A program made the translations under genes and the position numbers. A stretch of 64,000 nucleotides of DNA, taken from positions 3,352-67,351 of the forward strand of contig JAZKYO010000108.1 of the NCBI GenBank assembly GCA_045612185.1, in the 5' to 3' direction. The notes beneath the pieces were generated by a model that saw only the letters and a program-made list of their open reading frames with translations, searched no databases and was not told the DNA's origin. This document shows positions 27,188 to 35,378 of this stretch, piece by piece. Each line of letters begins with the position of its first letter. Position 1 is the first letter of the stretch. Origin of the DNA: Eubacteriales bacterium. Its GTDB lineage: Bacteria > Bacillota > Clostridia > Oscillospirales > CAG-272.

Positions 27188-28033
27188 ATGTTAGTAGGAT
27201 TAAAAGAAATAACCGCAGAGGGTAAAAAAAGAGGAATTGCCATAGGCAACTTCAACACTCCCAACCTTGAGTGTCTTATTGCGATACTTGATGCTGCTGA
27301 AGAACTTAACGTTCCGATTATCATTGCTCACGCTCAATGCCACGAGGATGTTGCACCTCTTGACAAAATAGGCCCTGTTATGGTAGAATTGGCTAAGAGA
27401 AGCAAGGTAAAGGTTTGCGTTCATCTTGACCACGGCGAGGATTTTGAATACTGCAAACGCGCCATAGCGCTTGGGTTCACGTCTATAATGATTGACTTTT
27501 CCACACTTTCTTACGAGGACAACGTAAAGGGCACAGCCGAAGTTGTAAAGTACGCTCACGAAAGGGGCGTTGACGTTGAGGCTGAGCTTGGTTGCATGCC
27601 TGCGAGAGAAGGTGGCGGTGAGGAAACAGCTTCAAAGGAGTCACTCTACACAGACCCTGAGTTGGTTCCCGATTACGTTGGTCGCACGGGCGTTGATGCG
27701 CTTGCGATAGCATTTGGAACAGCTCACGGAATCTACAAGGAAAAGCCCGTCCTCAACATGGACATAATAACAAAAGTAGTTGAAAAGACCGCCCTTCCCT
27801 TGGTTATGCACGGGGGAAGCGGAATTTCTCACGACGAATACCGCGAGGTAATCAAGCGCGGTATTGCCAAAATCAACTACTACTCCTACATGTCCTACGC
27901 CGGTTACGCAGCGGCAAAGGCAACAGTTGAAAGCAAGGCTGCCGATTTCTATCACAATCTTGCGCTGAACGCGCAAACGGCTATGAAGGAAAACGCTATT
28001 ACCACGCTTAAAGTATTTTCAAACATAAAATAA
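27188..28033 (+). CDS. Class II ketose-bisphosphate aldolase family (FBA/tagatose-bisphosphate aldolase-like)
   Basis: GIAIGNFNTPNLE, VHLDHG, VEAELG and LVMHGGSGIS are the metal and phosphate motifs of FBA class II. Confidence 0.88.
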   Translation: MLVGLKEITAEGKKRGIAIGNFNTPNLECLIAILDAAEELNVPIIIAHAQCHEDVAPLDKIGPVMVELAKRSKVKVCVHLDHGEDFEYCKRAIALGFTSIMIDFSTLSYEDNVKGTAEVVKYAHERGVDVEAELGCMPAREGGGEETASKESLYTDPELVPDYVGRTGVDALAIAFGTAHGIYKEKPVLNMDIITKVVEKTALPLVMHGGSGISHDEYREVIKRGIAKINYYSYMSYAGYAAAKATVESKAADFYHNLALNAQTAMKENAITTLKVFSNIK

Positions 28034-28044
28034 GGAGCGTTACA

Positions 28045-28953
28045 ATGAACGGAAAAATTTCTAATTTTTCACAAGTAGCAAGTATCAGAAGATACGAGTA
28101 CACAACGGGAAAAGAAAAGGGACTTGAGGTTATTGACTGTGATAACGGCAAAATCAGATTTTTGCTTAACGTGTCAAAAGCACTTGACGTTATGCAGCTC
28201 TATCACGAAGGGCAAAATATGTCGTTCGTTTCAAAAAACGGATTTACCGCAAGGGAGATTCCTTTCGGCAACCGTTTTGAAGGCGGTATGGTCTACACAT
28301 GCGGACTTGACAGCCTTGGGCGCAGAGACGGATTTGAGCTTCACGGCACGCTTCACAACACACCCGCGCGTGTAACTATTGCGGAATGTGACGAAAACGG
28401 AATAAGAGTAGAGGCTGTTATTGAGGCAACCGAGTTATTCGGAAAAAATCTCGTTCTTCACCGCACGGTTTCGTCGGCACTCGGAAGTGACAAAGTAACG
28501 ATTGAGGACACACTTACAAACAACGGCTTTCTCAGCGAGGATTACTGTATTCTTTACCACGTTAACATGGGTTACCCGATGCTTGACGAAGGTGCGAAAA
28601 TAGAAGCAGACATTTCGGAATTTGAAACCCGAACCGAATGGGCAAAGCAAAACGCTGACGGCAAATTTTACATTACCGACTCGATTCCCGGTAACCTCGA
28701 AACCTGTTATTTCCTTAAAATGAACAAGCCCGAGATATCGCTTATCAATGAAAATATCGGAAAGCGTTTTACCGTAAAGTATTCCAAAGACACACTTCCC
28801 TGTTTTATTGAATGGCACAGCATGGCAAGCGGCGACTACGCCCTTGGCTTTGAGCCTGCCTCCACGACGCTTGACGCTAATTTTGCTTACACCAAAATAG
28901 ACGCCGGTGAAAAGGTAAATTTCAAAATAGAGCTTTCGGTAAACAAAATATAA
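28045..28953 (+). CDS. Aldose-1-epimerase-like protein (DUF4432-type)
   Basis: 302 aa with ...IRRYEYTTGKEKGLEVIDCDNGKIRFLLNVSKALDV...FELHGTLHNTPA..., resembling DUF4432 mutarotase-fold proteins. It is the last gene of the kinase-isomerase-aldolase operon. Confidence 0.65.
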   Translation: MNGKISNFSQVASIRRYEYTTGKEKGLEVIDCDNGKIRFLLNVSKALDVMQLYHEGQNMSFVSKNGFTAREIPFGNRFEGGMVYTCGLDSLGRRDGFELHGTLHNTPARVTIAECDENGIRVEAVIEATELFGKNLVLHRTVSSALGSDKVTIEDTLTNNGFLSEDYCILYHVNMGYPMLDEGAKIEADISEFETRTEWAKQNADGKFYITDSIPGNLETCYFLKMNKPEISLINENIGKRFTVKYSKDTLPCFIEWHSMASGDYALGFEPASTTLDANFAYTKIDAGEKVNFKIELSVNKI

Positions 28954-28962
28954 AAATATTAC

Positions 28963-28996
28963 AACCACGCTGAGTTATGCCTCGGCGTGGTTTTTG
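28963..28996 (+). terminator. Rho-independent terminator
   Basis: Stem CCACGCTGAG/CTCGGCGTGG (28965-28974 with 28981-28990, one G-U pair) followed by TTTTTGTTT. Confidence 0.75.
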
Positions 28997-29128
28997 TTTG
29001 AATAATCAGGCAAGCTTGCCATAGTGTTTGCAAAATTTTCAATATAGTCAACCAAATATTGCATTTACAAATACAAAAATATAATGTAAAATATACTTAA
29101 AGAATTCATTTTAACGTAGGTATAAAAA

Positions 29129-30313
29129 ATGAAAACACTAATAAAAAACGTTAATGTTGTAACTCGCGACTCGATTCTCGATAATTCAACTTGCACAATT
29201 GAAAACGGAATTATAACCAATATAGGAACACCCGAAAAATGCGAGCTTGTTATAGACGGTAACGGCGGATATCTTTTCCCCGGATTTATAGATATTCATT
29301 GCCACGGCGCCGATGGCTTTGATTTTATGGACGCAGACGCTGAGGGCATGAAGCGGATTGCCGATTATCACCTTTCGCACGGTACAACCACTGTGGTTGC
29401 CACCACTCTTGCCGACAAGCCCGAGGCGGTTGAGAAAAGCCTTGAGATTTTCGCGAATCACAAGGCGCTTTATCCCCAAAGCACGCTTGTGGGCGTTCAC
29501 CTTGAGGGACCTTGGTTCAGCGCCGAGCAGTGCGGTGCTCAGCCTGCCGAGTTTTTCAGAAATCCCGATGCGAGCGAGCTTGCCGAGTTAAAAAGAAAAT
29601 TCCCGCATATCCTCCGTGTCAGCGCAGCTCCAGAGCTTGAAGGCGCATTCGCTTTTGGCAGAAAGGCGGTTGAACTTGGAGTGATAGCGGCTGTGGCGCA
29701 CACCGACGCGGATTTTTCCACGGTAGAGCAAGCCGCGCAAAATGGCTATAAGCTGATGACGCATCTTTATTCGGGTATGAAGGGTGTAACCAGAAAAAAT
29801 GCCTACCGCATAGCGGGTGCAGTGGAGGCTGGGCTTTATTTTGACGATATATTCGTTGAGATAATAGCCGACGGAAAGCATCTTCCTCCTGAGTTACTCA
29901 AATTTATATATAAGTGCAAGGGCGCGGACAAAATCTGTTTTGTAACCGACGCGTCTCGCGCGTGCGGTATGCCCGAGGGCACTCGCTCCAAGATAGGAAG
30001 CCTTGAGCGCGGAACCGATATTATAGTTGAAGACGGTGTTGCAAAGCTCCCCGACCGAACCTCGTTTGGCGGAAGCGTGGCAACCTTCGACCGACTTGTA
30101 AAAACGGTGGCGCGAGCTATCGGGGACGACCGCATAGCACTTGCAAAAATGGCTTCCACCACTCCTGCGGAGATAATGGGACTTGGCGATCGAGGCGAAA
30201 TCGCACTCGGAAAAAAAGCTGATTTTGTAATAGTTGACGGTGAATATAACGTCAAAAGTGTTATCCTTAACGGAAATACTATTTATGGAGGGAACGATAA
30301 TGGAAAAAGTTAG
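29129..30313 (+). CDS. nagA: N-acetylglucosamine-6-phosphate deacetylase
   Basis: PGFIDIHCHGADGFDFMD, GVHLEGPW, AHTDA and IIADGKH are the amidohydrolase metal ligands in NagA arrangement. Confidence 0.9.
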   Translation: MKTLIKNVNVVTRDSILDNSTCTIENGIITNIGTPEKCELVIDGNGGYLFPGFIDIHCHGADGFDFMDADAEGMKRIADYHLSHGTTTVVATTLADKPEAVEKSLEIFANHKALYPQSTLVGVHLEGPWFSAEQCGAQPAEFFRNPDASELAELKRKFPHILRVSAAPELEGAFAFGRKAVELGVIAAVAHTDADFSTVEQAAQNGYKLMTHLYSGMKGVTRKNAYRIAGAVEAGLYFDDIFVEIIADGKHLPPELLKFIYKCKGADKICFVTDASRACGMPEGTRSKIGSLERGTDIIVEDGVAKLPDRTSFGGSVATFDRLVKTVARAIGDDRIALAKMASTTPAEIMGLGDRGEIALGKKADFVIVDGEYNVKSVILNGNTIYGGNDNGKS

Positions 30314-31493
30314 ACTTGCGATAGTGGGCTTGGGGCTTAGAGGAACCGGTCTTACTAAATCTGTTTTTCTTGAAAACGATCGTTGCGAGATAGTTGCTCT
30401 TTGCGATCTCTACCAAGACAGAATTGACGCTATCGCGCAGCTTGTGAAAGAAAAGAAAAACAAGAATGTATCTATTCAAACCACAGACTTTGGCGTTCTT
30501 TTGGATAAAAAGAATGAAATTGACGCAATTGTAGTCGCATCCTCTTGGGAATCTCACGTTGAGCTTGCCGTTAAGTCTATGAAAGCGGGAATTCCCGTAG
30601 CCATTGAGGTTGGCGGCGCGTATTCGGTAGAGGACTGCCATAACCTTGTGCGTACTCAAGTAGAAACGGGCACTAAATTTATGTTCCTTGAAAACTGCTG
30701 TTACGGACGTGTGGAGCTGGCGGTGCTTAACATGGTTCGTCAAGGGCTGTTTGGCGAACTAAACCACTGTGAGGGCGGATACGAGCACGATCTCCGCAAT
30801 CAGGTTCTTCTTGGTGAAGAAAACCGTCATTACAGACTGAGAAATTATCTTGCGAGGAATTGCGACAACTATCCCATGCACGCCTTGGGGCCAATTGCAA
30901 AAATACTCAATATAAACAACGGAAACCGAATGCTTTATCTTACTTCTATGGCGTCAAAGTCTGTGGGGCTTAACGATTACGCAAGCCTTCACCGTGACTT
31001 GTACCAAGAAAAATACGTCAACGAGAAATTCAATCAGGGTGACGTGGTTATGACAAACATTATGTGTGCCGACGGGACTACCGTAACACTCAGGCTCAAC
31101 ACCACAAGCGCGCGTCCGTACAGCCGAAACTTCTCCGTACAGGGTACTCGCGCCTGCTATTTTGAAAACGGCGCGTTCTTCCACTTTGATACGGAATACG
31201 GAAAGCATGAAATGGAGCATCCGAGAGAATATTATAACAACCAAGACAAGTATCTTGAAAAATACGACCACCCCATATGGAAAAAATTTCTGAGTGACGG
31301 AGTACGCGGAGGACATGGCGGTATGGACTGGCTGTTGTTTGAAGCCTTCTTTGATTATATCATTGACGGTGGAAAGTCGCCTATTGACGTGTACGATGCG
31401 GCGGCTTGGATGGCTATTACTCCCCTTTCGGCAAAATCTATTGAGCTTGGCAGTATGCCCGTAGAAATTCCGGATTTTACCCTTATCAAATAG
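30300..31493 (+). CDS. Gfo/Idh/MocA-family NAD-binding oxidoreductase (possibly GH109-like)
   Basis: The track ORF is trimmed to the ATG at 30300, giving MEKVRLAIVGLGLRGTG (Rossmann GxGxxG). The start overlaps the nagA 3' end by 14 nt. My GH109 suggestion rests on the C-terminal region containing GGHGGMDWLLFEAF and is low confidence. Confidence 0.8.
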   Translation: MEKVRLAIVGLGLRGTGLTKSVFLENDRCEIVALCDLYQDRIDAIAQLVKEKKNKNVSIQTTDFGVLLDKKNEIDAIVVASSWESHVELAVKSMKAGIPVAIEVGGAYSVEDCHNLVRTQVETGTKFMFLENCCYGRVELAVLNMVRQGLFGELNHCEGGYEHDLRNQVLLGEENRHYRLRNYLARNCDNYPMHALGPIAKILNINNGNRMLYLTSMASKSVGLNDYASLHRDLYQEKYVNEKFNQGDVVMTNIMCADGTTVTLRLNTTSARPYSRNFSVQGTRACYFENGAFFHFDTEYGKHEMEHPREYYNNQDKYLEKYDHPIWKKFLSDGVRGGHGGMDWLLFEAFFDYIIDGGKSPIDVYDAAAWMAITPLSAKSIELGSMPVEIPDFTLIK

Positions 31494-31498
31494 AACAA

Positions 31499-31525
31499 CC
31501 CCTTAGGAAATAATTTCCTAAGGGG
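31499..31525. terminator. Bidirectional hairpin between convergent genes
   Basis: 12-bp stem CCCCTTAGGAAA/TTTCCTAAGGGG (31499-31510 with 31514-31525). Confidence 0.7.
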
Positions 31526-31531
31526 AAGTAA

Positions 31532-32380
31532 TTATTTTTTACCGATTGACGGAGCAAATCCGATTATCTGCTTATAGTTATGATAGAAAGTCGTGTAATG
31601 CTCATACCCAACCGAGCTTGAAGCCTCATAAGCGCTCATGCCGTTTTCCATAAGGCGCTTGGCGTAATATATCTTTTTTATTGCGATATATCGGTTTACG
31701 CTGATGTTCATATACTCACGGAATCGGTGACAAAGCGTTGATTTGCTAACGTGAAGCGCATCGGCAATACAGTCAAGCGTCACTCTATCGGTTACGTGTT
31801 CACCAATATAAGCTACCGCGCCTTTGACTATTGAATCTGATGACACCTTAAATACCGGTTCTCGCGATTCGTTTGAAAATAATTTACTAAGTGCGGCTAC
31901 CAATGACATAATAGCTGAAATGAAGAGAAAAGGAAATTCGGGATTCTCGCTTTGAAGCGCGCCTATTTCTTGCATTATCCCCTTTATTTTGTACTTTTCC
32001 ACAAGAGACACGGGAATAATCCTATGCACCGTATTCTTCATTTCCAAAAAAGAGCTGTCAACGGAAAAATTTCCATGCTCAAGCATATCTTTTATGGTAT
32101 TTAGCTCAAAGGATACAACCACTCGTTCGTATTTCATAGCACCGTTTCTTTGTAGGGCGTGTATTTCGTTGGGGAGAATGAATATCAAATCACCGGTTCT
32201 CGCAAGATATTCGTCCCCCTCGATAAAATATCGAACCTCCCCTTCGACAAGATAGATCATTTCAAAGCCCCTATGTGATTCGGGACCGTACAAGGGCGGC
32301 GTATCCTGCATTTTCTCGCTGACGGTATGATGAAAATACAAATCTCCGTTAGTTGATGAATAATTCGTTATAATAGCCAT
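31532..32380 (-). CDS. AraC-family transcriptional regulator (cupin sensor plus HTH)
   Basis: N-terminal cupin (FEMIYLVEGEVRYFIEGDEYLARTGDLIFILPNEIH). C-terminal AraC HTH (LDCIADALHVSKSTLCHRFREY..., GYEHYTTFYHNYKQIIGFAPS). Confidence 0.9.
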   Translation of the reverse strand: MAIITNYSSTNGDLYFHHTVSEKMQDTPPLYGPESHRGFEMIYLVEGEVRYFIEGDEYLARTGDLIFILPNEIHALQRNGAMKYERVVVSFELNTIKDMLEHGNFSVDSSFLEMKNTVHRIIPVSLVEKYKIKGIMQEIGALQSENPEFPFLFISAIMSLVAALSKLFSNESREPVFKVSSDSIVKGAVAYIGEHVTDRVTLDCIADALHVSKSTLCHRFREYMNISVNRYIAIKKIYYAKRLMENGMSAYEASSSVGYEHYTTFYHNYKQIIGFAPSIGKK

Positions 32381-32386
32381 GGCTTT

Positions 32387-32415
32387 ATTATATCATTATA
32401 TATGTTTTTATTCAA
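32387..32415 (-). promoter_or_regulatory. Promoter placed so that the AraC mRNA would be leaderless
   Basis: On the minus strand: TTGAAT (32415-32410), 17 nt, TATAAT (32392-32387), 6 nt, then the ATG at 32380. No Shine-Dalgarno is present. Confidence 0.45.
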
Positions 32416-32520
32416 GTTCAAATTTACACAAAAAATGAAACCATAAATTGTACACTTTATCAACAAGATTTTGCATATATCAGCAAAACATTACAAAAAC
32501 AAGCAATTGGAGGAAAAGAA

Positions 32521-33276
32521 ATGAAACTTATTTTATGCAAAGACCAAAAAGACCTTGGAAGCAGATCCGCTATTCACGCATCAAAGCTTATTACAGAGGC
32601 AATCAGCGAAAAAGGAAATGCGCGCATTCTTCTCTCGACCGGCGCATCACAGTTCCCCTTTTTTGAGGAATTTATTAAGTGCGACATTGATTGGAGCAAG
32701 GTAGAAATGTTTCACCTCGACGAGTACGTGGGCATTTCAAAAGATCATCCCGCAAGCTTTAATTACTATTTGAAAACAAGATTTGTAAACAAGGTCGGAA
32801 TTAAAAAGTACCATCTTATCGATGGCACAAAACCTGCCGATGAAACAATATCCGAGCTTACCAAGCTCCTTGACGAATCGCCGATAGACGTTGGGCTTAT
32901 CGGCATCGGTGAAAACGCTCACATTGCCTTTAACGATCCGCCCGCTAACTTTGACGATAAGGAAGCGTACAGAGTAGTTACACTTGCGGAGCGTTGTCTC
33001 CAGCAACAGATTGGTGAAGGCTGGTTCAAAGATAAAGACGAGTGCTTCAAGCAAGCGATAAGCATGACCTGCGACAGAATTATGCAAAGCAAGCATATTA
33101 TTTCTGTGGTTCCATACAGTGTAAAAGCCGAGGCTATTTTTAACACGTTAGCAAATGAAGTCACACCCGATATTCCCGCTACCCTTTTGAAAAGACACAA
33201 AGATGCCACCGTTTACGTAGACCCTGACTCAGCAGCTCTGCTCACAAGTGAATTAATAGATAAATATTCGATGTAA
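32521..33276 (+). CDS. nagB: Glucosamine-6-phosphate deaminase
   Basis: ILLSTGASQFPFF, FHLDEYVGI and GIGENAHIAFNDPP are NagB/6-phosphogluconolactonase-family motifs. Confidence 0.88.
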   Translation: MKLILCKDQKDLGSRSAIHASKLITEAISEKGNARILLSTGASQFPFFEEFIKCDIDWSKVEMFHLDEYVGISKDHPASFNYYLKTRFVNKVGIKKYHLIDGTKPADETISELTKLLDESPIDVGLIGIGENAHIAFNDPPANFDDKEAYRVVTLAERCLQQQIGEGWFKDKDECFKQAISMTCDRIMQSKHIISVVPYSVKAEAIFNTLANEVTPDIPATLLKRHKDATVYVDPDSAALLTSELIDKYSM

Positions 33277-33284
33277 CGCAAAAG

Positions 33285-33315
33285 AAAGCCCGCGGTTTTA
33301 CCGCGGGCTTTTTCC
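33285..33315. terminator. Bidirectional terminator between nagB and the AraC gene
   Basis: Stem AAAGCCCGCGG/CCGCGGGCTTT (33285-33295 with 33301-33311) followed by a T-run. Confidence 0.8.
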
Positions 33316-33316
33316 G

Positions 33317-34084
33317 TTAAAAACTTGTTTGATACTGACTGGGAGTCATCCCCATAACCTTTTTGAAGTTCCTGTTAAATGTTCTGAGCGAATCAAACCC
33401 GCATTCATACGCCGTTTGAAGGATTGTCTTTTTGATATCGTTTCTAAGCAAATAACAAGCCTCGTTTACACGGTAACGGTTTACGTAATCCGTATAAGCG
33501 ATACCGGTGCAACTCTTGAAATACTTGGATAAGTACACGTAGTGATAAGATGTATACTCAGAAAGATCCGACAAGGAACATTCTTTAGCGTAATTTGCCT
33601 CTACAAAGGTAAATACCTTTGCCAAAAGCTCGTCCTTGTTTTCCTCACGCACCCTATACTCAGCCTGGCGGTCAAACTCACCGCAAATTGAGTAAAGCAC
33701 GCCCTTTAACTGTACAACGCTGTGGTCCTCCCAAAGAGACATCAGCTTTTCCACATAATACTCATCAACCTTGAACTTGTTATTTATGGGCAACCTCTCG
33801 GTAAACAACGTGCTGTATGCCTGCACAAGCTTGGGCGAAAAAATACATAGAAAATGTTTACTGTGCTCTCGCGTTACAAAGTCATGCACTTGATTTGGAA
33901 ATACAAGCAGGCTTTCCCCCTGCTTCAATGAGTAAAGATGCTTGTCTACGGTAACGTCCATTTCACCTTCAAGCACAGTAATAAACTCAAAGTTGTTATG
34001 CAAGTGTGCCGGAAAGTTAAAATCAATATTACTCTCGAATTTTACGCCCTCGGCGTTAAACGAGTGTTGTGATTGGTAAAACAT
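33317..34084 (-). CDS. AraC-family transcriptional regulator (cupin sensor plus HTH)
   Basis: Cupin segment FEFITVLEGEMDVTVDKHLYSLKQGESLLVFPNQVH. HTH segments LSDLSEYTSYHYVYLSKYFK... and CGFDSLRTFNRNFKKVMGMTPSQY. Confidence 0.9.
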   Translation of the reverse strand: MFYQSQHSFNAEGVKFESNIDFNFPAHLHNNFEFITVLEGEMDVTVDKHLYSLKQGESLLVFPNQVHDFVTREHSKHFLCIFSPKLVQAYSTLFTERLPINNKFKVDEYYVEKLMSLWEDHSVVQLKGVLYSICGEFDRQAEYRVREENKDELLAKVFTFVEANYAKECSLSDLSEYTSYHYVYLSKYFKSCTGIAYTDYVNRYRVNEACYLLRNDIKKTILQTAYECGFDSLRTFNRNFKKVMGMTPSQYQTSF

Positions 34085-34121
34085 ACGACCTCCATAATTT
34101 TTCTACTTTCTGACTTCAATA

Positions 34122-34150
34122 ATTATACACCATACAAGTTGCTTTGTCAA
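34122..34150 (-). promoter_or_regulatory. Consensus sigma-A promoter of the AraC gene 33317..34084
   Basis: On the minus strand: TTGACA (34150-34145), 17 nt, TGtTATAAT (34127-34122). Confidence 0.65.
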
Positions 34151-34393
34151 CAAGATTATTTCAACTCGCTAAAAAGTTAGCAGAACTTTGTCGAGTTAGA
34201 TTATTTTTGACCTGAAAAAATTTTCGTCACCAACTGAATAAATATTGTCTATGTATTTTAAAGCTTTTGTCTTGATATATCAACCTAAATTTTGTAAAAT
34301 ATATATGAATAATCAATTACATTCAGGAGGTTGTATATGACTTTTTCCGAAAAAACAGCTTATATTGTAAAACGACTTTTTTACAAAACCCTC

Positions 34394-34422
34394 TTGACAA
34401 ATTTGTCAAAATGGAGTATAAT
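34394..34422 (+). promoter_or_regulatory. Consensus sigma-A promoter of tRNA-Thr
   Basis: TTGACA (34394-34399), 17 nt, TATAAT (34417-34422). The tRNA 5' end lies 10 nt downstream. Confidence 0.7.
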
Positions 34423-34431
34423 GTTAAAGTC

Positions 34432-34507
34432 GCTGGTATAGCACAGTCGGTAGTGCAGCTGATTCGTAATCAGCAGGTCGTGTGTTCGAGTCACATTACC
34501 AGCTCCA
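34432..34507 (+). tRNA. tRNA-Thr (anticodon CGU)
   Basis: 76-nt cloverleaf. Acceptor stem GCTGGTA/TACCAGC; D-arm GCAC/GTGC; anticodon stem GCTGA/TCAGC with loop TTCGTAA (CGT at 34465-34467); T-arm GTGTG-TTCGAGT-CACAT; encoded CCA. Confidence 0.93.
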
Positions 34508-34510
34508 AAA

Positions 34511-34537
34511 AGCCCCGTCTTATGACGGGGCTTTTTC
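34511..34537. terminator. Bidirectional terminator (tRNA-Thr / glycerophosphodiesterase gene)
   Basis: Stem AGCCCCGTC/GACGGGGCT (34511-34519 with 34524-34532), flanked by an A-run and a T-run. Confidence 0.8.
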
Positions 34538-34540
34538 GTT

Positions 34541-35287
34541 TTATTTAAGCTGATCAAGAACTCGGTCGGGGTAGTTGGTAATAATTGCGTCGCAGCCCGC
34601 GGCTATCATATCGGCAATCGCGGTTTCGCCATTTACCGTCCATGGGTTTACCCATATTCCCTTGCTATGACACTTTTCCACAAGGTCGGGGAAAACCAAT
34701 ATCTGACTCTGCACCGGGTGTATAGCAAATGCGCCCATATCCTCCGCGTACTTATCCATATTAAGCCAGTTTCCGCTATAAAGCGGCGCTATGCGAGCCG
34801 TCTTATCAATATCCGAAATGCGTTTAAGCTGAAGGTGATTAAAAGAAGAATATACTATTTGGTCGCTTATTCCAAACTCTTTTGCTTTTTTTACAAGCGC
34901 AAGCGGCATTTCCTCGCTTCCACTCTTAACCTCAACGTTTATTATCATGTTGGTTGTCTTATAGAGAGAATAAAGTTCGTCAAGCGTGGCTATCTTTATT
35001 CCTTTTCTCTCGCCGTTATAGAATTTACAGCCAAAATCAAAATTTTTAAGTTCTTGTAGCGTATATTCGGTAACGTTTCCCTGCCCATTTGAAACGCGGT
35101 CCATTTTCTCATCGTGGCAAATTACTATCTGACCGTCAAGCGAAAAATAAACGTCTATCTCGATTCCGTCAGCGTTCATTTCAATAGCCTTTTCGAAGGC
35201 TTCCATCGTGTTTTCGGGGGCGTAACCCGAAGCTCCTCTGTGCGCCCATACAAGCGGTCTTTTTCCCGACAGTGTTTTGTATTCCAT
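34541..35287 (-). CDS. Glycerophosphodiester phosphodiesterase
   Basis: VWAHRGASGYAPENTMEAFEKAIEMNADGIEIDVYFSLDGQIVICHD is the GDPD catalytic motif set. Confidence 0.92.
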   Translation of the reverse strand: MEYKTLSGKRPLVWAHRGASGYAPENTMEAFEKAIEMNADGIEIDVYFSLDGQIVICHDEKMDRVSNGQGNVTEYTLQELKNFDFGCKFYNGERKGIKIATLDELYSLYKTTNMIINVEVKSGSEEMPLALVKKAKEFGISDQIVYSSFNHLQLKRISDIDKTARIAPLYSGNWLNMDKYAEDMGAFAIHPVQSQILVFPDLVEKCHSKGIWVNPWTVNGETAIADMIAAGCDAIITNYPDRVLDQLK

Positions 35288-35311
35288 AATAAACCTCCGA
35301 ACGTTTTTTTA

Positions 35312-35340
35312 ATTATATCACTAATTACATATTTTGTCAA
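35312..35340 (-). promoter_or_regulatory. Consensus sigma-A promoter of the glycerophosphodiesterase gene
   Basis: On the minus strand: TTGACA (35340-35335), 17 nt, TATAAT (35317-35312). Confidence 0.65.
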
Positions 35341-35344
35341 CAAT

Positions 35345-35372
35345 AAAAAAGCAACCCAAGGGTTGCTTTTTT
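35345..35372 (-). terminator. Terminator downstream of the Na/Pi cotransporter gene
   Basis: Stem GCAACC/GGTTGC (35351-35356 with 35361-35366), flanked by A- and T-runs. Confidence 0.65.
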
Positions 35373-35378
35373 ATTATA

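Noticed and set aside
34337-34441. A 34-codon ORF (MTFSEKTAYIVKRLFYKTLLTNLSKWSIMLKSLV) with a perfect AGGAGG RBS 6 nt upstream.
   Set aside because: It runs through the consensus tRNA-Thr promoter and terminates inside the tRNA. It has no evident promoter of its own and no recognisable peptide family, so the RBS is probably fortuitous. It is worth only a glance in ribosome-profiling data.
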